Source: Candidatus Sumerlaeia bacterium (lineage in GTDB: Bacteria; Sumerlaeota; Sumerlaeia; SLMS01; JANRJK01). Taken from it: 64,000 bases of DNA. This document shows positions 57,080-64,000 of the stretch, piece after piece (position 1 is the first letter of the stretch; every line of letters starts with the position of its first letter). The translations under genes were made by a program, and so were the position numbers. The stretch lies in NCBI GenBank assembly GCA_033764015.1, contig JANRJK010000039.1:45834-109833 (forward strand). The letters run 5' to 3'. The notes beneath the pieces are model-generated. The model searched no databases. It was not told where the DNA came from and saw only the letters and a program-made list of their open reading frames with translations.

Positions 57080-58191
57080 GGATCGAGGCCCTGGATTTCC
57101 CGGAAGGTTTCCGATGAGATGTTCGAGTGGCGCAGCTTCACGAGCGCTTGCGAGGAGAGCGGCTTTCGGCTCGCCTCGGAAATCTCCCGGAACCAGTCGA
57201 GGGAGACGTTCGCGTGCCTCAGGCGGATCACGTCCTCCACCCCGAAGTCCCGGCGTTGGCGCAGGACCGCGCCGGCGAAGTCGCCGGAGACGTTCGCATG
57301 CCGCAGCCGCGTCACATCCGCCAGCGTGAGTTCGGGGCGAGCCGCGAGCACTTCCCCGGCATACCCGGGGTCCACATTCGCGTGGCGCAGCCGGATGATC
57401 TCCTCCGACGTGGCTGTGGGCTTCGCGTCGCGGACCTCCTGGACGTAGGCGGAGGAGACGTTGGAGTTCCGCAGGCGGATGACCTCGTCGGTCGACAGGT
57501 CGAAGCGGGCGCGCGGCAGTTCGTTGATGTATTCCGAGGAGATGTTCGCGTTGCGCAGGCGCTGCGCGTCCGCCAGCGAGGCCGGGTAGCCGGACGTCTC
57601 GAGCGCGTCCCTCAGCGCGAGCACGCCGTGATCCCGCGCCAGCGCGAGCAGCTCGGTGCGCGTGACAGCCCGCCCTTCCGCCTCGATATCCTCGACTACA
57701 TCGACCCTAAGACCGCTCACCCAGGCGTCGAGTGCGAACTGCGGCGGAACCCGTCCGCCGAAGCGGGGGGCGTAGAAGGCGGCCGCGGACTCCGAGACCC
57801 GCAGCTCGATGCGGCCGCGCCGCGCCGGCCACTTTTTCTCAGGGAGCAGGACTAGGCTCCCGATGTCCGCCGTTGCGATAAGCTCCGCACCGCCATCCCC
57901 CGGCCCGAAGATGGTCGCGAAAGTGCTGTACTGGAGGCCGGGCGAGTCGGCCAACTCTCGCTCGACCATGAACTGCAGCTGCGACCGGCGGTCGATCCGG
58001 AGAGACTTGTCCGACTTCCACTCGCTGCTGAACACGTTGGGTTCGGCGTCGGCTGCGGTCGGCGTGTTCCGCACCGTCACGAAGCGCATCGCGACTTCGG
58101 GCGACGTGAATCGCTCGAACCCCGGGGGCGTGTTGTCGCGCGCGCATCCGGCGAAGGTGAACAGTAGGAGCAGGAGTGCGATGGGGCGCAT
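57076..58191 (-). CDS. Lipoprotein with C-terminal ~28-aa tandem helical repeats
   Basis: Lipobox FAGC; six copies of (R/K)LR(H/N)(A/S)N(V/I)(S/D). Confidence 0.82.
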   Translation of the reverse strand: MRPIALLLLLFTFAGCARDNTPPGFERFTSPEVAMRFVTVRNTPTAADAEPNVFSSEWKSDKSLRIDRRSQLQFMVERELADSPGLQYSTFATIFGPGDGGAELIATADIGSLVLLPEKKWPARRGRIELRVSESAAAFYAPRFGGRVPPQFALDAWVSGLRVDVVEDIEAEGRAVTRTELLALARDHGVLALRDALETSGYPASLADAQRLRNANISSEYINELPRARFDLSTDEVIRLRNSNVSSAYVQEVRDAKPTATSEEIIRLRHANVDPGYAGEVLAARPELTLADVTRLRHANVSGDFAGAVLRQRRDFGVEDVIRLRHANVSLDWFREISEASRKPLSSQALVKLRHSNISSETFREIQGLDP

Positions 58192-59078
58192 CACGTGACG
58201 AGTCCGTTGTACCGCAGGTTGCTGAGGAGGAAGGTCTCGAGCGGCACGTCCGTCGTCACCGGGACGTAGGTCATGTCGCGCGCGGAGCACCAGTCGCGGA
58301 TCGCGCGGCAGTGCGCCTCGAGCGTCTTGCGGTAGGCGTCGAGGACGGCGGCGGTGACGGTGATCTCCTGCTTCTCGCCGGTCTCGGCGTCGACCAGCTC
58401 GAGGTGGCCGTTCAGCGGCGGATCCTTCTCCTCCTTGGCGAGGAGGTGGATCGCGTAGACCTCGTAGTTGCGCGCGAAGAAATGCTTCAGCGCCTCCTCG
58501 TGGCCGCGCTCGTCGAGGAAGTCGCTGATGAACAGCACCACTCCGGACTGCTTCGACTGCATGGCGAAGTCGCGGCAGGAGGCCGACAGCGAGGTGCCGG
58601 AGGCGGGCGCGAGCTCGTCGAGGAAGCGGAGGTACTTCACGAGCTGCGCCTTGCCCCGCGCGGGGCGGAACACCTTGTCGGCGCGGGTGGCGAAGCTGGT
58701 GAGCGCGATCTTGTCCTGGTTCGCGAGCGCGATGTAGCCGAGCGCCGCGGCGAGCTGGCGCGCGTAGGCGAACTTCGTGACCGGCGTGCCGAAGTCCATG
58801 GAGGCGCTGGTGTCCAGGAGGATGTGGAAGACGAGGTCCTCCTCCTCCTGGTAGAGCTTGATGAAGAGGCGCTCCAGGCGGCCGTAGATGTTCCAGTCGA
58901 GGTGGCGCGTGTCGTCGCCGCGGGCGTAGTCGCGGTAGTCGGCGAACTCGATGCTGACGCCGCGTTTGCGCGAGCGCCGCTCGCCGCGCTGGCGGCCGCG
59001 GAAGACGCGGTTCGTCTTCAGCTCGAGCTGCTCGAGGCGGCCGATCAGCTTCGGATCGATGAACTCCGGGACCGCCAC
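58191..59078 (-). CDS. DUF58 domain protein
   Basis: G.SIEFADYRDY..GDD.RHLDWN, LDTSASMDFG, FISDFL. Confidence 0.93.
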   Translation of the reverse strand: MAVPEFIDPKLIGRLEQLELKTNRVFRGRQRGERRSRKRGVSIEFADYRDYARGDDTRHLDWNIYGRLERLFIKLYQEEEDLVFHILLDTSASMDFGTPVTKFAYARQLAAALGYIALANQDKIALTSFATRADKVFRPARGKAQLVKYLRFLDELAPASGTSLSASCRDFAMQSKQSGVVLFISDFLDERGHEEALKHFFARNYEVYAIHLLAKEEKDPPLNGHLELVDAETGEKQEITVTAAVLDAYRKTLEAHCRAIRDWCSARDMTYVPVTTDVPLETFLLSNLRYNGLVT

Positions 59079-59088
59079 GCGCCTCTCC

Positions 59089-60552
59089 CTAGAAAAGCTT
59101 GAACACGTCGCTGAAGGTGATGACCACGAAGAACGCGAGGAACGCCAGCACGGCGCCCTCCATGATGCGCACGAAGATCCGCGCCGGGAGCGGACGCTTG
59201 AAGACCGCCTCGTACGCCGCGAAGACGATGTGCCCGCCGTCCAGCACCGGTATCGGCAGCGCGTTCATCACGCCGAGCGCGATGTTCAGCATCACGAGGA
59301 ACTCCAGCCAGTCCGAGAAGCCGCGCTGCGCGCTGCGCCCGGCGAACTGCGCGATGCCGACCGGCCCGCTCATGTCGCGGTGCACCGCCGTCACGTTCAG
59401 CGTCACGAGCTTCTTCGCCAGTCCCGCGAGCGCCTCGCCGTAGCGCACGATGTTCGCCGCGACGATCGCGGGGGAGCCGGCGACCGCCTCCGCCGGCGGC
59501 CTGCTGACGTGCTCCTTGTCGGGGTTGCCGTAGACCACGCCCGCCTGCCCTTCGCCGGGATCGCTCGTCGAGTCCCACGGGGTGAGCTTGACCGCCAGCT
59601 CCTCTCCGCCGCGCGAGAGCGTCACGTCCAGCTCGGTCTTGGGCGACCGCTTCACCCACCAGACGAAATGCTGCCACCCGTCCACCGCCTCGCCGTTCAC
59701 CCTCGCGACCGAGTCCCCGTCCCGGATCCCCGCGTCGTCCGCAGGGGCGTTCGGCAGCACCCGGTCGATGTGCGCGGGGCGCCAGACCAGGTTCGACAGC
59801 TCGCCGTTGATTCGTTCCGACTTCTTGTCCAGAGCGAACTCAGCGGTGTGCGTGGCGCCGTCCCGCTCCAGTTCGATCCGCAGCGCGCGGCTGCGCTCTT
59901 CGCTCCAGGCGTCCTCGCGCGTGAACTCCGCGAAGTACGAAGTGGAGTCCGACACGGCCACGCCGTCCAGCGAGACGATGCGGTCGCCGCGGCGAATGTT
60001 GTGCGCGGCGAGCGCTCCGTCGGGCGCGATCCAGCCCACGACCGGTGGCAGGGGGCGGTCCTCCCACGTGCCGCGGATGTTGATGAACGCCACCAGCGCC
60101 ATCGCGAGCAGGAAGTTCATCGCGACGCCGGCGCCGTAGATGATGATCTTCTGCCAGAACGGCTTCTGGTACAGCGCGGCATGGTCCGCGACCGCCTGCC
60201 CCGCGAGCGAATCCTCCGCGGGCGCCTTCCAGTCGCCCCCTTCCAGCTCCTTCTCGATGTCCGGGTGCACGGGGCCGACCATCTTCACATAGCCGCCCAG
60301 CGGCACCACGGAGAGGCCGTAGGTCGTGTCGCCGATCTTCCGCTCCCAGACGCAGCGCGGCATCGCCGCCATCGCCTCCCTGTCGAATCCGATGACGAAG
60401 CGTTCGACGCGCACGCCGAAAAACTTGGCGGCGGCGAAGTGGCCGAGCTCGTGGACGAAGACCGCCAGCCCGAAGGCCACGACGAAGCCCAGAGCGCCGA
60501 TTAGCAGATTGGAGGCGGAATCGAGCGTGATGAGTGCGAGCAGTTCGAGCAT
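59089..60552 (-). CDS. rseP: RIP metalloprotease RseP (site-2 protease, two PDZ domains)
   Basis: HELGH, PLGGYVKM, GVAMN, two PDZ domains, NALPIPVLDGG. Confidence 0.95.
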   Translation of the reverse strand: MLELLALITLDSASNLLIGALGFVVAFGLAVFVHELGHFAAAKFFGVRVERFVIGFDREAMAAMPRCVWERKIGDTTYGLSVVPLGGYVKMVGPVHPDIEKELEGGDWKAPAEDSLAGQAVADHAALYQKPFWQKIIIYGAGVAMNFLLAMALVAFINIRGTWEDRPLPPVVGWIAPDGALAAHNIRRGDRIVSLDGVAVSDSTSYFAEFTREDAWSEERSRALRIELERDGATHTAEFALDKKSERINGELSNLVWRPAHIDRVLPNAPADDAGIRDGDSVARVNGEAVDGWQHFVWWVKRSPKTELDVTLSRGGEELAVKLTPWDSTSDPGEGQAGVVYGNPDKEHVSRPPAEAVAGSPAIVAANIVRYGEALAGLAKKLVTLNVTAVHRDMSGPVGIAQFAGRSAQRGFSDWLEFLVMLNIALGVMNALPIPVLDGGHIVFAAYEAVFKRPLPARIFVRIMEGAVLAFLAFFVVITFSDVFKLF

Positions 60553-60696
60553 ACGCGGCGCCGGCCGCTCCCGTCGGGGGTTCGCGCGGTGGGACGCGCG
60601 CATTCAATCAACGACGGCGCGCCGCCGCTGACAAGGAGTTTGGGCGATGCAAGCAAGATGCCGCGCGCGGAGGGAGCCCCCGCGCGCGGCGGGTGC

Positions 60697-61575
60697 TCAG
60701 CCGCCGAACACCTTCGAGTCCTCGACGAACGCCACCATGCCCGCGTCCGACAGCGGGTGGTCCGCCACCTGCATCAACAGCTCGCTCGGCACCGTCAGGA
60801 TGTCGGCGCCCGCCTGCAGCGCCTCCGGCACCTGCGACAGGTTGCGGAAGCTCGCCGCCAGGATCTCCGTCTGGATGTCGTAGTTCGAGAACACCTGGAC
60901 GATCTCGCGGATCAGCCGGATGCCGGCGTCCTTCCGGGCGCCCCCGCAGGCGACGTACTCCGTGTTCGCGACCGCCTGGTCGCCCTTCGCGTTCTTGTGG
61001 TCCTCGACGAAGTGCAGCGAGTTGCCCGGCGCGCGCTCCGGCTGGTCGTTCTTGTACAGGTAGTCCGCCAGGCGCCCGAGGAACGGCGACACGTAGGAGG
61101 CACCCGCCTGCGCGCACCAATACGCCTGCTGCGTCGAGAAGATCAGCGTCGCGTTGGTGCGGATGTCGCGCTCCCAGAGCGCCCGCAGCACCTTCAGGCC
61201 GGTGAACGGATCGAGCGACTTGTCGACCTTCGCGTAGCCGCCGGTGGGGACCTTGATGACGGAGTTCTCGCCGAGGGCGCGCAGTTCTTCCGCCTGCGCG
61301 ACCATCTCGTCGTAGGTGAGCTTCGTCAGTTCGAGGGAAACGGGATTCGGCGCGAGGACGCGGCAGATCTCGCGCATCATCTCCTTCGCCTCGCCCCAGC
61401 TCTTCGCGCCCGCCCGCTTCATCAGCGTCGGATTCGTCGTCACGCCGTTGATGATCCCGGCGGCGTAGAGCGTCTTGATCGCATCGAGGTCCGCCGTGTC
61501 GGCGAAAATGCGGGGCGCGCGCTCGGCGGGATGGCGGAGCGACTTGCCCGCGGGCGTGGGATTGACGGCGTCCAT
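60697..61575 (-). CDS. tal: Small (type 3) transaldolase family protein with insertions
   Basis: FADTAD, GVTTNPTL, PVSLE, VIKVP (Schiff-base Lys), NATLIFS, YVSPFLGR, LAASFR; Glu/Phe pair fits transaldolase rather than FSA. Confidence 0.88.
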   Translation of the reverse strand: MDAVNPTPAGKSLRHPAERAPRIFADTADLDAIKTLYAAGIINGVTTNPTLMKRAGAKSWGEAKEMMREICRVLAPNPVSLELTKLTYDEMVAQAEELRALGENSVIKVPTGGYAKVDKSLDPFTGLKVLRALWERDIRTNATLIFSTQQAYWCAQAGASYVSPFLGRLADYLYKNDQPERAPGNSLHFVEDHKNAKGDQAVANTEYVACGGARKDAGIRLIREIVQVFSNYDIQTEILAASFRNLSQVPEALQAGADILTVPSELLMQVADHPLSDAGMVAFVEDSKVFGG

Positions 61576-61714
61576 GCCGCGGCGGCGCATCAGCACGGCG
61601 GCCGGGTTGTTGTCGGCGGTAAACACAGGCGGGGCTCCTCGAAGGGGGGCGTTGAACTGCGGCGGAGGCTCCCCGCGGCGCACGCCGCAGGGCAAGCGGG
61701 GTTGGCCGGGAATC

Positions 61715-61756
61715 CGGCGGGGCCCGCCGGGTGGACGCACCCGGCGGGCCCCGCCG
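61715..61756. repeat. Perfect 19-bp inverted repeat (4-nt loop)
   Basis: CGGCGGGGCCCGCCGGGTG-GACG-CACCCGGCGGGCCCCGCCG. Confidence 0.85.
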
Positions 61757-61937
61757 CGACCGCACGGTCGTCTCCCCAAGCGGCGCCGCCATGCTGATCG
61801 CGCCGAAGGACCGCGAGCTGGTCGGGAGCGGCCCATCGCCCGCGGTAAATCCGTTGCGCACCTAGCGCCAGCCCCGATCGGTCTGCCAGCTCGTCGACGG
61901 ACACCATCCGGGACCGCTGGTTCCTACGCCTGTTCGG

Positions 61938-63287
61938 ATGCGATCACCAAGCCCCGCCCCCGATTCCCGTTGCCGAAAGCCCGCCCCGCGCGTTTTCCTC
62001 GCCCCCACGGAGGAAGCCGACGACGTGCGCTTCACGAACGCGATGATGATGGAGCATGAGACGCTCGGGCCCGGGGTGATTGGGCAGGAGTCGTCCGGGG
62101 TGCAGTCCCTTCGTGTCCCGCCCGGTGGCGGGGGCATCATCGAGTTGGATCGCATTCTTGGACTCAAGGCGTTCGAAGCTTACGAGTACACCCCCGACGG
62201 CATTCCTACCGTTCACCACAAGGACGGGGCGACGGTTCGCACCGTCGTTTGGGACGACGACAAGGATACTGTCACCACCACTTCAAGCGTTACCAGCAAT
62301 ACACGTCGAGGCGAGTTTGCGGACGTGGCTTGCCTGACGATGAGCGACTCTCCGTTCGGAGCGAGCTCATTTGCAAAGGGGCGCGTACGTAACTCCGCCG
62401 CGATGTCGCGGATCGGAATCAAGCACCTCTACACGGCCCGGCCCTGGAGTTCAGTTGACGAAGTGTACCATGTGCGCGCACGTCGGTATTCGCCGTTTGA
62501 GGGACGGTTTATCTGTCGGGATCCGATTGGGTACGCTGGTGCTGCAAGTCAGTACATATACTGTATGGGGGATCCCATCAATCATGTGGATCCATCCGGA
62601 TTGGCCGTCTTTGAGATCGGGGGTACAAACTCGATTGATGATCCGGCTGGACTGCGCCATACCGGCGGCCGCCTCTTTGAAGCGATAGGGTTCCCAGGAG
62701 AAGCGTATGTGTTTGGGAATGGTCCTACTTCGTCGAGCTTAGATTCATCCCATCCTCAACTGTTGGCTGATGCGAATCGAATCGCCAATGAGGTATGCAG
62801 GTCAATCATCAGGTTGGCAAAGGCGAGTTCGGATGAACGGATCATGCCGGTGGGGCATAGTAGAGGAGGGGCAATTGCAAATGTAGTCGCGCGCGAGGTG
62901 GATGGAGTGGATATCTTGATACTTCTTGACCCCGTTGGTGAAATCAGAGATCCAAGGTTTCCCTTCAGGGATACTGTTTTCCAATCGAGTTCGCAAAGAA
63001 CAATTGATGTAAGGCCGACTGCGGGGGACGGCAATTGCACAGATCATTTCCGGAGTTTTACACAGCCAAACTATCTGTCGCGTCTTCCCTTCTGGAGAAT
63101 TCAGCAAAATCCGAACGCGACGAACAGGGCAAATCGAATGACGCATGGTGGACTGGGCGGAAATCCTGTTGTTCCGGTTAGAACGTTCTTCACCCCGTAC
63201 GGAGATTCGACGGACATTACAAGACAGGATAGCGAGCAAGACTTTCCGAGACTGATTCGAGATTTGGCGGGGGATTGCGAGCCATGA
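61938..63287 (+). CDS. Orphan Rhs-core fragment with C-terminal lipase-like (alpha/beta-hydrolase) toxin domain; start uncertain
   Basis: YH.RAR.YSP..GRF...DPIGY…Y.Y….PINHVDPSGL core boundary, then GHSRGG and LLDPV; lower GC than the flanks. Confidence 0.82.
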   Translation: MRSPSPAPDSRCRKPAPRVFLAPTEEADDVRFTNAMMMEHETLGPGVIGQESSGVQSLRVPPGGGGIIELDRILGLKAFEAYEYTPDGIPTVHHKDGATVRTVVWDDDKDTVTTTSSVTSNTRRGEFADVACLTMSDSPFGASSFAKGRVRNSAAMSRIGIKHLYTARPWSSVDEVYHVRARRYSPFEGRFICRDPIGYAGAASQYIYCMGDPINHVDPSGLAVFEIGGTNSIDDPAGLRHTGGRLFEAIGFPGEAYVFGNGPTSSSLDSSHPQLLADANRIANEVCRSIIRLAKASSDERIMPVGHSRGGAIANVVAREVDGVDILILLDPVGEIRDPRFPFRDTVFQSSSQRTIDVRPTAGDGNCTDHFRSFTQPNYLSRLPFWRIQQNPNATNRANRMTHGGLGGNPVVPVRTFFTPYGDSTDITRQDSEQDFPRLIRDLAGDCEP

Positions 63288-63787
63288 GCGTCTCAAGAGT
63301 GTATGAGTTGCTGAGAGGTGCCCTCGGACTCTGTGTGCTGGCCCCGTTGATTTCAGGAGTGACATCTGATGCATGCGCTGCCTGGAGGGTGGTTGTTCAG
63401 CAGCCTTTGATCGTGGATCGAGCGTCCTCAAGAGTTTTGTCGCCCATGGTGCACTCTGAAAATGAGCGCTCTCATTTCGCCATTTGTATCGTCCGAAGGC
63501 TGCCAGATGGGGGATTTGAACTGTGTAAAGTTCGTCCCGTTTTTCGGCCGGGGAGGACTTCAGAGGGGGGCCTCGCTGTTGAAGATATGTTGACGCCGTT
63601 AAATCCACTCATGTGGTCGGACCAGGAAGTCGAGATGTGTGAGGAGGACCTGTTCGGAGATGTGTGTGTAATCTGGACGAGAATCCCTATTCAGGAGGTG
63701 GCTAGGCCAAACATGAGTATGACTTCTAGTGGATTTGCTTCGGGAGAGTGGTTTAGAACGCCTAACATAATCGCTCCCATCTCCTGA
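63284..63787 (+). CDS. Putative immunity protein (signal-peptide-like N-terminus), 3' end disrupted by IS
   Basis: ATGA overlap with the toxin stop; low GC; last ~10 codons read into the IS end. Confidence 0.6.
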   Translation: MSVSRVYELLRGALGLCVLAPLISGVTSDACAAWRVVVQQPLIVDRASSRVLSPMVHSENERSHFAICIVRRLPDGGFELCKVRPVFRPGRTSEGGLAVEDMLTPLNPLMWSDQEVEMCEEDLFGDVCVIWTRIPIQEVARPNMSMTSSGFASGEWFRTPNIIAPIS

Positions 63788-64000
63788 AGGCGAGTTTGAT
63801 GCAGCCGAGCGTGAGAAAGCCTTGGTGGATGTGGTGGCTGCGGTCGTAGCGGGTGCGCAGGCGGCGGTTCTTCTTGAGGTGCGCGGAGGTGCGCTCGACG
63901 GGCCAGCGGTTGTGTCCGAGCGGTTCGGAGCCCGCTTCGCCCCGCCGCCGCAGGTGCGGTTCGACGCCGAGCAGGCGGAGCTCCGCGCGGTGCCGCTCGC
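63755..64000 (-). mobile_element. IS5-family insertion sequence, right end with transposase C-terminus (partial)
   Basis: Not in the ORF track. Minus-strand frame 63998-63762 reads …HNRWPVERTSAHLKKNRRLRTRYDRSHHIHQGFLTLGCIKLAFRRWERLC*, with RW.VER and RRL..RYDR signatures. The stop lies in a putative terminal repeat AGAACGCCTAACATAA next to TTA. Confidence 0.85.

Noticed and set aside
57100..57600. Periodic DNA similarity that could mimic a CRISPR array
   Set aside because: These are degenerate in-frame protein repeats inside a lipoprotein; there are no identical repeats with unique spacers and no cas genes.

Overview
A very GC-rich bacterial chromosomal window with about 50 real genes. Most of the long ORFs in the six-frame track are antisense or off-frame shadows. 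Gene content (signal-peptide proteins, lipoproteins, TolB-like and secretin-N-domain proteins, futalosine-pathway mqnE) points to a diderm. The short C-terminal tails described below suggest an uncultured lineage such as Candidatus Sumerlaeota/BRC1; this is inference from memory, not a search result. Housekeeping genes: ychF, mtnA, nth, polX, uvrA, hom, pfkB-type kinase, FadF-like Fe-S oxidoreductase, iscX, nadA, ftsK, csp, rnhA, phosphohexomutase, purN, mqnE, rseP and transaldolase. Also present are an alpha-glucan cluster (CBM48 x2, CBM20-esterase, GH13) and a furan/cyclopropane fatty-acid modification operon. At the right end is a lower-GC orphan Rhs toxin/immunity pair hit by an IS5-family element. 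The most notable signal is that six unrelated secreted proteins all end in an A/S/P/T-rich or short linker plus a 5-6 residue [G/A/T]-hydrophobic-x-hydrophobic-x C-terminal motif (GLLVR, GLLIF, GWRLE, GAMVR, AWSLYE, TWNLM). This looks like a lineage-specific protein sorting or secretion signal with no transmembrane anchor. Other highlights: a riboswitch-like nadA leader with mutually exclusive RBS-sequestering pairings, PurN-RdgB and DUF1365-Cfa fusions, two near-identical sigma54-type promoters, and a barrel-less secretin-N protein. No rRNA, tRNA or CRISPR array was seen.
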